A stretch of DNA of 64,000 nt from an uncultured Planctomycetota bacterium (GCA_964354375.1 CAYGZQ010000006.1:42109-106108), one strand, 5' to 3'. Positions 38,199-48,638 are shown, counted from the first letter of the stretch. The notes: a model not told the origin generated them from the sequence alone. A program made the numbers and translations.

Positions 38199-39547
38199 GC
38201 ACGTTTCTGCATGTTCTGGAAGTAGTCTCCGATAAGTGCAAGGGGAGGCTGGCCTGCGTGCGAGCCTGCCCGACCGAGGCCATCCGCTTCCGGAACGGGA
38301 AGGTGTCGATTAATCCGATGAAGTGCATCGATTGCGGCGATTGCATAGTGGCGTGCCCGGAGGGGGCGATCCAGGCCCGCACCGACCCCTGGGAGAGCGT
38401 GAAGGACTTCGAATTCAAGGTGGCCGTGGTCTCCCCTTCGCTGTTCGGCCAGTTCCCGAGGTCGATCACTCCGTTCGATATCGTCAAAGGTCTTCTCACG
38501 ATCGGATTCGACGCGGTCTACGACCTGTCGCTCGAATCGGAGATTTACAACAGGGCGGTCCAGGATTATCTGGAGGAATACTCCGGGCCTCTTCCCCTGA
38601 TCTCCTCGCTGTGCCCGGTGGTCGTGCGACTCATACAGGTTTCCTACCCCGAGATGGTGGATCAGATCATCCCCATCCAGCCTTCAAGGGAAATCGGCGG
38701 CAGGGAAGCCAAGAGAAAATATTCTCAGAGGCTCGGAGTCCCGGAGAGTGAGGTGGGGGCGATCTACATCACCCCGTGTCCGGCAAAGGCGGCTTCCATA
38801 AAACAGCCGGCGGAAGGTGTCAAGAGCCATCTCGACCTGGGCTTGTCGATCCGAGATATCTATAACCCGCTTCTGTCCGCGATCACCAAGAACAAGAAAT
38901 CGAGCGGCGTGACAAGCCCGGTACTGCCCGAATCCGAGCTCAGAAGCATGCTCTATCTCGGCCTGGCTCTCACCGGGGGACTCAGCAACGCTCTGAAGCA
39001 GGGGCGCTTTATCACGGTTGCCCAGCTGCCCAACATCATCAAGGTCATAGAGGACATCGAGAAGGGCAAGATCAGGAGCATCGATTTTCTTGAATGCTAC
39101 TCGTGCACGGGCGGCTGCATCGGGGGACCGCTTACCGTCGACGACCTGTTTGTCGCTCGCAGCAAGCTGCAGAAGGTCATAGAGATAATGGGCAGGGAAA
39201 ACAGGAATATGGACGATGTCCTTGACCAGGTCTACGTCAAGGGCGACTACTTCCTGGAGCAGCCTCTTAAGCCGAGGCACATCGAGCCTGAAGGCCTATC
39301 GATCGTGGAGCAGGTCCAGAGAGTCAAGACGCGGGAGAAGTTCATCGGCTTGCTTCCGGGTATCGACTGCGCTCTGTGCGGATGCCCGTCGTGCTCGGTA
39401 TTCGCGAACGATGTCGCGGCGGGCGAGGCGAGTCCGAAGGATTGCCCTCTTCTGTCCTCGGAACGCCTGGAATCGCTCAGGAAGATCTACAAGATCAGCG
39501 CGGAATCCGGGAAGACGGACGCACGGAACTCCCCCCAGGAACCGTAG
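38195..39547 (+). CDS. Atypical [FeFe]-hydrogenase-like Fe-S protein (putative sensory type)
   Basis: N-terminal ferredoxin motifs; H-cluster-like motifs SSLCP, TPCPAK, ECYSCTGGCIGG; C-terminal LPGIDCALCGCPSC. Confidence 0.75.
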   Translation: MSTFLHVLEVVSDKCKGRLACVRACPTEAIRFRNGKVSINPMKCIDCGDCIVACPEGAIQARTDPWESVKDFEFKVAVVSPSLFGQFPRSITPFDIVKGLLTIGFDAVYDLSLESEIYNRAVQDYLEEYSGPLPLISSLCPVVVRLIQVSYPEMVDQIIPIQPSREIGGREAKRKYSQRLGVPESEVGAIYITPCPAKAASIKQPAEGVKSHLDLGLSIRDIYNPLLSAITKNKKSSGVTSPVLPESELRSMLYLGLALTGGLSNALKQGRFITVAQLPNIIKVIEDIEKGKIRSIDFLECYSCTGGCIGGPLTVDDLFVARSKLQKVIEIMGRENRNMDDVLDQVYVKGDYFLEQPLKPRHIEPEGLSIVEQVQRVKTREKFIGLLPGIDCALCGCPSCSVFANDVAAGEASPKDCPLLSSERLESLRKIYKISAESGKTDARNSPQEP

Positions 39548-39669
39548 AGTCACGGCATGCCGCGACCATACGCCATGAGGGTGCCCTACACAAGCGGAGT
39601 CTTCGGAGCTTGTGGAGGTCTCATAACGAAGAAGAGACTGTTTGAAACCTCCACAAACTCGCGGACTCG
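39544..39669. repeat. Degenerate GTAG REP plus a long inverted repeat (GAG…TTGTGGAGGT / ACCTCCACAA…CTC)
   Basis: Lies between convergent genes. Confidence 0.55.
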
Positions 39670-39695
39670 TTTGTGGAGGGCACCGGCCTTGCACG

Positions 39696-40874
39696 TCAGG
39701 CGGGACCCCAGACGAACCTGCCCGTCTTGTCGATATAGACCCACTTGACTGCCTTGTCGTCCCCCACCCAAACGCACATCGCAAGACCCTGGGAGAACTC
39801 AAACGCCTGATAAAATTGCGGCTCTATGACAAACTTGCCCGTATTGTCGATATAGCCCCACTCGCCTGTTAGAACATCACCGATCCTGGCAGCCGCGAGA
39901 CCCTCGGAGAAGCGAGATGTCTCATCGAATTGGGGGGGTACGACAAGCTTGCCAGTCTTGTCGACATACCCCCACTTCCCATGCTCACCCCCCAGAATTA
40001 TTGCTGCGCGACCCTCGGAGAACTCCGCGCTCCCGCCGATCCTAACGGCCGCAAGACCCTCGGAGAACTCCCGCGCCCAGTCGAAGTGCGGGCTTATGAC
40101 AAACTCGCCCGTATTGTCGACAAAACCCCACTTGCCTGACTCCCAGTTCTCCACCTCGATCATCACGCGCGCAAGACCCTCGGAGAAGTCGCCCGCAAAG
40201 CCGAACTGCGGGTTTATCGCAAACTTGCCTGTCTTGTCGACATAGCCCCATTTGCTTTCTCCCGCGCTTCCCTTCCCCCCGATCCTCACGCGCGCAAGAC
40301 CCTCGGAGAAGTCGAAGGCCTGATCGAATTGCGGGTTTGCGACAAACTTGCCTGTCTTGTCGATATATCCCCACTTGCCCGTCTCTTCGTCTCCGATCCT
40401 AACGGCAGCAAGACCATCGGAGAAGTCAAACGCCTCATTGAATTGCGGGTCAACGACAAGCTTGCCTGTATTGTCGATGTAGCCGTACTCGGCCCCGATC
40501 CTCACACGCGCAAGACCATCGGAGAAGTTGAAGGCCTCATCGAACTGCAGGTTTACGACAAACCTACCTGCCTTGTCGATATAACCGCACTTGCCCCCGC
40601 TGCGCACAATCGCGAGACCCTCGGAGAAGCGCCCTACTCCGTCGGGGTATGTGACCAGTTTGCCTGTAACGTCGATATAACCCGTTTTGTCACCCAGGGG
40701 GACCGGAAACAAGGGCTCGACCAGGGGCACATCAACGACCTGATCTTGGGGTGATTCGGGCTTGACGCCCTCGTCTTGTTCAGGCTGCGACTCAGATGCG
40801 CCCCTGCGGGCAGGGCAGCCGAGCAGCAACGGAATAGCGAGCACCAATGCCGCTGCGATGATTTTCACTCTCAT
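39696..40874 (-). CDS. WG-repeat (KWG) lipoprotein
   Basis: Lipobox LLGC; tandem KWGYIDKTGKFVxxPQFDxAxxFSEGLAxV repeats, also visible as DNA repeats. Confidence 0.9.
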   Translation of the reverse strand: MRVKIIAAALVLAIPLLLGCPARRGASESQPEQDEGVKPESPQDQVVDVPLVEPLFPVPLGDKTGYIDVTGKLVTYPDGVGRFSEGLAIVRSGGKCGYIDKAGRFVVNLQFDEAFNFSDGLARVRIGAEYGYIDNTGKLVVDPQFNEAFDFSDGLAAVRIGDEETGKWGYIDKTGKFVANPQFDQAFDFSEGLARVRIGGKGSAGESKWGYVDKTGKFAINPQFGFAGDFSEGLARVMIEVENWESGKWGFVDNTGEFVISPHFDWAREFSEGLAAVRIGGSAEFSEGRAAIILGGEHGKWGYVDKTGKLVVPPQFDETSRFSEGLAAARIGDVLTGEWGYIDNTGKFVIEPQFYQAFEFSQGLAMCVWVGDDKAVKWVYIDKTGRFVWGPA

Positions 40875-40978
40875 TCGGTCTTTCCTCCTGGTGAGGCAGG
40901 CCCTTGGGCAAGGGTGAACAGCCTTTCATTGGAACGTATCATAGCATGCATCGGCTGTCCGCGACCAGCGTAGGCACA

Positions 40979-41218
40979 GTAGGGGCACGGCATGCCGTGA
41001 CCATACAGCTTATGCAGGTCGACAGGTCGCGGGGACTGGCACCGATTTCGCTCCAGCGCATCACATCACTCCGCGGCACCGGCGGCCGGGCGAAATCGGG
41101 GCCTGTCACCGCGCATTTATATACGAATCCATGTGGGGACAGGCACCCAGCTTTGCCCCTTGAGCCGTGTCGAGTGAGTGACGCATGTGGCGGGGCAAAG
41201 CTGTGTGCCAGTCCCCGT
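40979..41218. repeat. REP cluster: one GTAG REP plus two GGGGAC(A/T)GGCACC-type inverted-repeat pairs
   Basis: GGGGACAGGCACCCAGCTTTGCCCC / GGGGCAAAGCTGTGTGCCAGTCCCC and GGGGACTGGCACCGATTTCGC / GCGAAATCGGGGCCTGTCACC. Confidence 0.65.
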
Positions 41219-41247
41219 GTTCTATTCGATGACGAATCCCGACCGGG

Positions 41248-43422
41248 CTACGGCCAGGGATAATTCGACTGGTGGGTGTGGACCCAGTCGTGCAGGTAGA
41301 CGTACTGAGTGTCGGTGAGATTGTAGTTGGCGATCGATTTTCCTGGGGCGGAGTACCACATCAGATTCCAGGGATTCTTGTTGAACGCGTCCGGATTCTG
41401 CTGGTATGCGGCGGCGACATGGCAGAAGAGGGGATCGTCGTAGGGGGCCTCTGTGCACCAGGTGTTGGTCGTAACGCAGGAGGTCCCGTCATCCAGGACA
41501 AGGTTCCAGTTCGAGTCAAGAAGGTAGATGTCCCAGAAGTGCCCGACGGCGTGACCGAGCTCGTGCGCGAGCACGACCGGGGTCTCATTGGGCGGCACGC
41601 CTCGCGAGTCCCGGGAAATGACGATGTAAACGTTCTCGGTATCGTAGAACTCACCGGGGCAGACGGCTTTGCAGTACGCCCTGGCGGGGTCTCCATTCGC
41701 GGAGCCTACGTAGTAGACGTTGACGCAGTCCGGCTGCAGGACCAGCCCGTACGCGGTATGCATCGCGTCGGCTTCCTGCTCGTTGATGCTCTTGTACTGC
41801 GGGTCTCCGACCCAGAGAAATCCGCCGGGATTCTTGAGGACGAAAACCATGCCGTAGGGATTCCAGAACGTATTGGCGTCGTTGAAATCAGCCGTAGCAC
41901 GCTCCCAGCTCGTCACGGGATTGCCGCCGGACGCATCGTCCGCGACGCACCACAGCGCCAGCCCGAATTGTCGGGGCTTCGGGTAACCGGTATCCGTGCC
42001 GTAGCCAGGCGAGCTCCCCGCGGCGTTTCTCGCGCTGATCCGATACTGTATCGGATTCAGGGGGCCGCAGTAGCGCGGATTCCCGTCGATCCAGCTTGTC
42101 TCGGGATGGGGAGCCGACTTGACCTGTTTCCATGTCCAACCGGCGGGCCATTCGAAATCGAGGCGCTCGATATCGTACCACTCGACCTGGTCGCTGCCCG
42201 CTTCCCAGGTGAGCTCCACCTTTCGGTTGGGCAGATCGGGATCGCCGTCCGACACGCTGAAACCCTCGACATTGGGAGGCGCCTGCGCCCCCACGCCAAG
42301 CTCATGAATCCGGTAAGCGGTCAGGTCCAGCCAGTCCGGCGATCCATCGTTCTCAGTGTCCTCGACACTGATGAGGCATTTGTACATTCCGTCCGGGGCG
42401 AGCTTCTCATTCTCCACCGTCGCCTCGAACGTGGCGTAGCCGGTCGCGCTCGACTTGTAGGCGGCGAAAAACTGGCCGTTGAATAACTCGGGGCATTCGA
42501 GCGAGGGCGCGTAGTGACTCAGCTTCCCCTGGTAGTCGTAGACATCGATAGTGAGAACAACCTGTCCGCCCTGGCTGGTCAGGCCGAATCCGACAGGCGT
42601 CTCCGTGACATCGATCTTCCACGGTTCGGGGCAGTTGGCCTCGGGAGGGAAGTCGAGCATGGGATCTGTGACCGGTTTTTTTGTGGGCGGCGCCCAGGAT
42701 GCGTCGACGGCGTAGCCCACTATGAACGATCCGATCGGCTTGTAGATTTCGTAGATGCGGGTCACGGTCGATCCAGCGTACATGGCGTTCCGAGTGTTCG
42801 CGGCGCCGGGAGAAATATGCCTGAGATAGCCGTTCAGCGTGGAGTTGGGGTACGGGATCGTGGCGCGCTTGCCCTGGATGTATCCCTGCAGACCTCCGGG
42901 ACCCGATCCAATGGTGCCGGGATTATACAGGGTCGTATGACCGTCCGCGTTCACAAGCTCGGTTTCCTGAGCCTTTCTGTCAGTCGCCACAAGCCCCGAA
43001 ACGGGGAAGGTATGCGTGCCCCAGCCCATCGCGATGCCTCTGACATCGAATCCCGTGAGATTGGGGGACCCAAACGGGTGCCTGATTTCGATGGACAACT
43101 GCAGGGTGCCCTTGGGGGTCACGCTGAGGCCGGTCAGCCTGAAGCAGTTGGTGCACGGGCCGTTCTCCAGCCAGGAGAGCACATTCCAGTGAGTGGTCGC
43201 CTGCCGTATGGGGGTCACTTCGTACGAGTTGTCCTCGCGGATGAGAATCTCGGTGTACATCCAGAGGAAATGATTGCGACCGTCGGCGCCGAGGATGGTG
43301 GACATCGACTGCGGATGCAACGTCTGGGGCGAGATCGACGGCGATGCGGGAATGTCTTTGCCTGAGCATCCGATGCTCAACAGCAGCAGAGCGAAGATCA
43401 AAGCCGCGAGCTTGGACTTCAT
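41248..43422 (-). CDS. Conserved-family lipoprotein with an FN3-like domain and a C-terminal zinc metalloprotease
   Basis: Lipobox SIGC; WLENGPCTNC, HPFGSPNLTGFDVRGI, LVNADGHTTLYNP, GYAVDASWAPP; VELTW…YRISARN; VLAHELGHAVGH…WNLM. Confidence 0.8.
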   Translation of the reverse strand: MKSKLAALIFALLLLSIGCSGKDIPASPSISPQTLHPQSMSTILGADGRNHFLWMYTEILIREDNSYEVTPIRQATTHWNVLSWLENGPCTNCFRLTGLSVTPKGTLQLSIEIRHPFGSPNLTGFDVRGIAMGWGTHTFPVSGLVATDRKAQETELVNADGHTTLYNPGTIGSGPGGLQGYIQGKRATIPYPNSTLNGYLRHISPGAANTRNAMYAGSTVTRIYEIYKPIGSFIVGYAVDASWAPPTKKPVTDPMLDFPPEANCPEPWKIDVTETPVGFGLTSQGGQVVLTIDVYDYQGKLSHYAPSLECPELFNGQFFAAYKSSATGYATFEATVENEKLAPDGMYKCLISVEDTENDGSPDWLDLTAYRIHELGVGAQAPPNVEGFSVSDGDPDLPNRKVELTWEAGSDQVEWYDIERLDFEWPAGWTWKQVKSAPHPETSWIDGNPRYCGPLNPIQYRISARNAAGSSPGYGTDTGYPKPRQFGLALWCVADDASGGNPVTSWERATADFNDANTFWNPYGMVFVLKNPGGFLWVGDPQYKSINEQEADAMHTAYGLVLQPDCVNVYYVGSANGDPARAYCKAVCPGEFYDTENVYIVISRDSRGVPPNETPVVLAHELGHAVGHFWDIYLLDSNWNLVLDDGTSCVTTNTWCTEAPYDDPLFCHVAAAYQQNPDAFNKNPWNLMWYSAPGKSIANYNLTDTQYVYLHDWVHTHQSNYPWP

Positions 43423-43680
43423 TCCAGGGTTCCCGCTCCTTTTGATCGCCGAAGGGGAAAGATTGCTATCGGGTTCTGTCATGACAAACACTGCCAGGTT
43501 GCCGGACTTCTCCCTGCACGCGTCACCACAGCCCCGGATTGGGGCCGCAAGAGTGTAAGTTACATCAAATGGAGGGGCATGTCCAGTGGTCGGGGGCGGG
43601 CAGTTCATGTGCGATGGCCTCGGAATGCAGAAACGCCGCCCTTAGGTCAGGCGGCGTAAGAATGTAGTGGCAGTGATTAT

Positions 43681-45243
43681 CTACTGAGTAGTGTTTCCCC
43701 AGGCGACATAGACTTTGGTGGGGATCCGGTCAGTAGTGATCGAGTCCGCGAAGCCGAGGTAGTACCAGTTGTTTTCCGTGAGGACAATGCCGGTCGCTAC
43801 CCCGCAGTCCATGAAGGCTACATCAAGTGGGTGCCATGGGCCATAAATCCCGTCATAGCCGCCCTGGACAATCTGATGCGGACCGAAGCTCTGTGATCCG
43901 ACATCAAACGGTCGCGCCATCGGCTGATAGTCTCCGGTTGGAACTCCAATCGCTTTGTTCTCGTAAGCTGAGACGCTGACAAAGGGGGATCCAATGCCGG
44001 TGTAGTGGCAGGCAACCGACGGTAAGATCAACTGGCGGATTTCTTCGTCAGTGCTGGGCATTTTCGTGAAGTCCCAATTCCGGCTGTCGAACAACCAGAC
44101 AAAGTACTCCCAGGTAGTTTCCGGATCATTTTCCTCCTGCACGAAAGCGAACGCGAAGTAAGGAGGAACGGAGTTGTTTGGGGCGATGTCAAGGCGCGGC
44201 AGACCGGCGTCGAGACCGTCCGCAACGTACGGATTGTCGACGACTTCCGTGTTTGCGGTCTGGTCCCCGTATCCGTCCAGTTCGGGCACCCAGTAGTTGT
44301 ATGCAGCGCAGAACGGGGTAGCAGGATCAGGAGGGGCGGGATCGGGAGGATCCAGGGTGAAAGCCACACCGACGTATATGTATGCGTGATCCGGATAGCT
44401 CGAATGTTCATGCATGTTGAGCATTCCGACATCGATGCTCGGCAGCCACATGTTCCCGATGAGATTGGGAGCAACAGCCCACCAGAACCCCGTGTCGGTC
44501 CATACGAATACGTCCGGATCGGGCTTACTGAGAACTGTGTACCTGAGACGATACGGACATGGTATCTGCCTGTCCTGTGCGAACACGAGATACGCCTGGC
44601 CCGTATAGTGATTGAAGGCGATATCATGCCCCCACTCAGTCACGGGAGTCGGGTAGAGAACCACGAAACTTGGATAGGGGGGAGGTATCGGGTTAAGCGC
44701 GAACTGAGCGGTAGTCCATTGAAGGAAAATAACGCCTATGTTCCAGGTGTTCCCCGGGGGCGGAGCCTGCACAAGTCGCCACATGAAGCTGACGGCCACC
44801 TGGATCGTGTCGTCTGCAGGCTCAAAATACGCGTCTACCTTCGGGAACTTGTAGTCAACGGCTCCCCCGCTGGGAAAGCCGAAGAGGGTCTCAGGGCACG
44901 CCGCAATGTGGTTCTCAACAAACCATCTGTACATCGGCATCTTTCCCGCAGGTGTCTGGTGCAGACTGACGACGATGCTGAAGCTGTGTTGCTGACCACC
45001 ATGCATTAGAATTGCGGGCCGGCACGATGCGGGCGTCTGCCCTTTCTCGATGAGTGTCGCCAGGTCAAAGTCTCTGTAAGGCTCCTCGGGCGTCCCATCG
45101 AATGCGGGAGTGCTGTCACAGAAAAACTCGGCGGTTCTACCGGAGCCTGTGGGGATTGCCGGGCTGGAGCTCTCGGAGCAGCCGGCGATCAGGCAGGTCA
45201 TCAGACCTGCGAGCAGTGCATTGATTGTGATGATGTGTCTCAT
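43681..45243 (-). CDS. Hypothetical lipoprotein (beta-rich)
   Basis: GAGGAG SD; lipobox IAGC. Confidence 0.65.
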   Translation of the reverse strand: MRHIITINALLAGLMTCLIAGCSESSSPAIPTGSGRTAEFFCDSTPAFDGTPEEPYRDFDLATLIEKGQTPASCRPAILMHGGQQHSFSIVVSLHQTPAGKMPMYRWFVENHIAACPETLFGFPSGGAVDYKFPKVDAYFEPADDTIQVAVSFMWRLVQAPPPGNTWNIGVIFLQWTTAQFALNPIPPPYPSFVVLYPTPVTEWGHDIAFNHYTGQAYLVFAQDRQIPCPYRLRYTVLSKPDPDVFVWTDTGFWWAVAPNLIGNMWLPSIDVGMLNMHEHSSYPDHAYIYVGVAFTLDPPDPAPPDPATPFCAAYNYWVPELDGYGDQTANTEVVDNPYVADGLDAGLPRLDIAPNNSVPPYFAFAFVQEENDPETTWEYFVWLFDSRNWDFTKMPSTDEEIRQLILPSVACHYTGIGSPFVSVSAYENKAIGVPTGDYQPMARPFDVGSQSFGPHQIVQGGYDGIYGPWHPLDVAFMDCGVATGIVLTENNWYYLGFADSITTDRIPTKVYVAWGNTTQ

Positions 45244-45290
45244 TTCATCTCCTCACTCCTTTTACCGTACTAGACCCTTCCCTCCCCTCC

Positions 45291-46460
45291 TCATTCCGGC
45301 ACGACCGTGTAATCGGCAAAATCGAATACTTGATCGAAGTGTCCTCCCTGCAGGGTGCCTCTGAAGTACCGGACCATAGCCCTGTGGTTGCCGACAGGTC
45401 TCGCGGACACTTGCCTACTTGTCCAATACGAATCCGGATACTCGTCTCCGCAGGGCGATCCGGCTATGTATATGGTGCCCCCGTCCGTGGAGAACTCCGG
45501 ATCCCACCAGCTAATGTGCGTGTTGTGATCGTCGTCCCACTCCTTATCCACAATCCTGAGGGTGTCGCACTCGGCTCCCTCATCCAAGCCGCAACATATA
45601 TTGGGGCCATGGAGTATCGGCTCGCCGTTGTTAATGACCACATCATAGAAATAGGGCTCAGACGTGTTCGCGGACAAGGGGAAATCGGTGAGGGGGTTCT
45701 TCACCGGCATGACGGTTGGCGGCTCCCAGCACGCCTCCACTGCGTATCCCGCGACCACCGGCTCTCCCGGCGGAAGCCATATCCTGTAGGTCCGCTGCAC
45801 CTGGCTGTCAGTGAAAAACACATGACGTTCCGGCATCGAATAGAAGTTCAGGTACGCATTCAGTCCCGCGTTCGGCAGACCCTTCGAATACTTCCCCGGC
45901 CAGTAGTTGTAGATCGGCATGTCGCTTCCCGATTCGTATACCGGGCTCCACCTGTACTCGTAACCGTCCGGGTTCACGACCTCCGGGTCACCCATCTCCC
46001 GCCACGAAATCATGCAGGGGTTAGGTAGCGGCATCTCGTAGCCCGAAGAATAGTAGCTCCACTCAAAAGTGCCGTTGAACATGATTATTCCACGCACATC
46101 GAACGCCGTGTACTGCGGAAATCCCTTGAAGGGGTGCGCGATCTTGACGGTCAGATCGATAGTGCCGTCGCCGTTGTTTGTGATTTTGGTGATCTGAAGA
46201 CAGTCCTCGCAGTAATCCTCGAGGAACTTAAGCGCGTTGAGATGCAGTCGGGCCTGCCTTCGCGGGACGACATCCACCCGGTCATGGGTCGCGGGAATGT
46301 AGAACGTCCATTCGCCCCAGAGTTGATACGGGCTGCCGTCGAAGGCACCGCTGATTTCGGGTGCTCTGACATCGATTCCCGGCGCCGTCGGCCCTTCCCG
46401 CAAATGGGCACACCCCGCCAGTATCATCAGGGCGATGACCATAAATCCCATCGATCGCAT
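45291..46460 (-). CDS. Conserved-family lipoprotein (short form)
   Basis: GGAGG SD; lipobox LAGC; LWGEW, VPRRQARLHLNALKFLEDYCEDCL, HPFKG..YTAFDVRGI, NPDGY, GYAVEACWEPP. Confidence 0.75.
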   Translation of the reverse strand: MRSMGFMVIALMILAGCAHLREGPTAPGIDVRAPEISGAFDGSPYQLWGEWTFYIPATHDRVDVVPRRQARLHLNALKFLEDYCEDCLQITKITNNGDGTIDLTVKIAHPFKGFPQYTAFDVRGIIMFNGTFEWSYYSSGYEMPLPNPCMISWREMGDPEVVNPDGYEYRWSPVYESGSDMPIYNYWPGKYSKGLPNAGLNAYLNFYSMPERHVFFTDSQVQRTYRIWLPPGEPVVAGYAVEACWEPPTVMPVKNPLTDFPLSANTSEPYFYDVVINNGEPILHGPNICCGLDEGAECDTLRIVDKEWDDDHNTHISWWDPEFSTDGGTIYIAGSPCGDEYPDSYWTSRQVSARPVGNHRAMVRYFRGTLQGGHFDQVFDFADYTVVPE

Positions 46461-46670
46461 AGGATTCCTCCCTCCTCGGCGTATGTTAATAATAGCTCTT
46501 AACGAATACTTCCTACTCTTTCCGCATACCACATAGGTGGGGCAATGTCAAGAGCTGCGTATTAGATTCCGTGAAAGAAAACCCGCTTCGCTGAATAAGT
46601 AAGCGTTTGCTGAACAGTCGGTGAAGGGGGGGCGTTGGCGAAACAGGACGGTCGCCGCTATCGCGACGGC

Positions 46671-46698
46671 AAAAGAAAAGCCCCCCTTTGCAGGGGGG
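46671..46698 (-). terminator. Intrinsic terminator of the outer-membrane protein gene
   Basis: CCCCCCT-4nt-AGGGGGG hairpin followed by CTTTTCTTTT on the minus strand. Confidence 0.7.
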
Positions 46699-46743
46699 CC
46701 CTTCCGTTTCCAAAATGGAAACCTTTCGGTTTACCTTTGGCCG

Positions 46744-47475
46744 TCACTCCGGATCAGACACTTCAGCGGTAAGATCGCGCATGTCTGCACGGGTGGTGAG
46801 CTGCAGGACGAAGACGTTCTCTTCGGTCTCGCTGTTTCGCTCAACCCAGCCCTGGAATCCGATGTGCTTGGCCCAGTTGTAGTCAAGGCCTCCGGCAAGA
46901 GTGTACTCTCCGTTGTCCGAGTAGCCCCAGTAATCACCGTTGAACTGAATGTCATCGTTGATCCAGTACTTGAAGCCTCCGAACAAGGAGTTATCCTCGT
47001 CGTCGTATCCGGCAGGATTGTGGGCAACGCCCACGTACCAATCCCACCAGCCGCCGAGGTGTACATCGTGAAAGCCGACTACACCGTAGTACGTGGGGTC
47101 CATGTTCGTGCGCTGGTAGTTGCCGGTGATGCCCTCAACACCGACAGCCAACGACACTGGGAATCGACCCTCGTACTCGTCGAGGACCTTGTACTTGAGT
47201 GCGAACTCAACCGGGCCAGCCTTGCGGCTGATGCCCCAGCTCATCCCGAACTCGCAGTTATCGAACAGCGCACCGAACAGACGGTTGCCGATTCGACGAC
47301 CGCGCGGGAAATCCTCGTTGTATCGAGCCCAAACGTCCCACTCAAACGTACCTTGCTCAAGCGTATCGGTCACGGGGATTATGTTGAGATCGGTAGTATT
47401 GGCCGCAAACGCGGCAGGGATCACGATGAAGCTCACGAGGATGGCCAAGGTAAATATCAGGGCGAGTCTCTTCAC
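46744..47475 (-). CDS. Outer-membrane beta-barrel protein (YjbH-like)
   Basis: TAAGGAGG SD and GTG at 47475; signal peptide AAFA; aromatic-rich amphipathic strands (LKYKVL, PVSLAVGVEGI, FGGFKYWI). Confidence 0.6.
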   Translation of the reverse strand: MKRLALIFTLAILVSFIVIPAAFAANTTDLNIIPVTDTLEQGTFEWDVWARYNEDFPRGRRIGNRLFGALFDNCEFGMSWGISRKAGPVEFALKYKVLDEYEGRFPVSLAVGVEGITGNYQRTNMDPTYYGVVGFHDVHLGGWWDWYVGVAHNPAGYDDEDNSLFGGFKYWINDDIQFNGDYWGYSDNGEYTLAGGLDYNWAKHIGFQGWVERNSETEENVFVLQLTTRADMRDLTAEVSDPE

Positions 47476-47799
47476 GTGGCTCCTCCTTATCGTGGTAGCT
47501 GTGATGAAGATGCCTGTGCCCTTGGATCGAACTTTAACCAACAGGCTCGCCCAAATCCCCATGGGTTTGCCTGATTAGTTCTGCCAGGGACCAGAATTAA
47601 ATCACATAAAACCGGGTTTCGCAACTCTTTGCTCACCGGTAGTGGGTATTTGTATCGCATAAACACAGCACATGTCAAGCCCTGACGCCCCGGTATGCCG
47701 ACTTTTGCTCCCGGGGTCCTGAAGCTGACTTAATATTATCAAGGCCGAGGACGCGTTTTTTGCCCGTGCGCCCGCGGGTTCGGCTCGACTGTTAGACCT

Positions 47800-48606
47800 T
47801 CAGAAGGCTTTCCGGAGGACTTTGAGCGACTGTCTTCTGGCATCGTCGATAAGCGATGCGCATTCGTGAACGTTTGTAGGCCTCGCGCCGTGACTCTCGT
47901 AGTCAATGAGGATGAGTTCCTCCCCGTCTCGACCCTGCCAGCCGTCCGGACCCGTTCTCATGGCCGACAGGTGCATCGATCTGATCAGGTAGGCCTGGTA
48001 GATGACATCCTGCGCGGTTCGCGGATGCTTCATCAGGCCGTGCCGTCCGATCGTGTTCCCGGCGATTATGCGCTTGACGCCTTCGCCGGCGAAGAGCTCC
48101 AGGGGCAGATTGAAAACGCCCCCGGCGTCGTAATAGGCTCCATCACCTATCTCCACCGGCGTAAAGACACCCGGAACCGCGCTGGCGGCGGCCAGGCATT
48201 TATCGAGCTTTCCCTTCGTGAATACGGCCAGCGACCCGTCGAAGAGGTTGAGCGCGGCTATCTTCAACCGGATCGGCAGGTCGGCGATGTCGATATCGCC
48301 CAGGTTCTTGCGCAGAAAACTCTCCATACGGCTTGTGGTGAATATCCCCCGTCGCTGGATTATGGAAGGCGCGATGATCCTGATCCATTTGAAGCCTTCG
48401 ATGATTTCCCGGGTTTCCCGGGCGCTTTTTCCGGACGCCCAGAAAGCGCCCATGACCGCGCCGGAAGATGTCCCGGCAATCACTCCGGGCCGAATCCCGA
48501 GCTCTTCAAGGGTCTGGAACAGACCTATGTGCAGAAACCCCAGCCCGCCGCCGCCGGCGAGACACAATCCCAGTTCCGGGTCCGCTTTCAGGTCCTCAAA
48601 CGCCAT
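47800..48606 (-). CDS. Patatin-like phospholipase
   Basis: LAGGGGLGFLHIG, AGTSSG (GxSxG), ASAVPGVF.PV, YDAGG. Confidence 0.85.
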   Translation of the reverse strand: MAFEDLKADPELGLCLAGGGGLGFLHIGLFQTLEELGIRPGVIAGTSSGAVMGAFWASGKSARETREIIEGFKWIRIIAPSIIQRRGIFTTSRMESFLRKNLGDIDIADLPIRLKIAALNLFDGSLAVFTKGKLDKCLAAASAVPGVFTPVEIGDGAYYDAGGVFNLPLELFAGEGVKRIIAGNTIGRHGLMKHPRTAQDVIYQAYLIRSMHLSAMRTGPDGWQGRDGEELILIDYESHGARPTNVHECASLIDDARRQSLKVLRKAF

Positions 48607-48638
48607 TTCTCGATGTCCTCCGTGCGCCCGTACGGCTT

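Noticed and set aside
39720-40690. DNA repeats as a DGR template/variable pair or an array
   Set aside because: They are in-frame WG-repeat coding units, and no reverse transcriptase is present in the window
47520-47580. c-di-GMP-I riboswitch suggested by GGCAAACC on the minus strand
   Set aside because: The GNRA loop and downstream GACGCAAAGC element are missing
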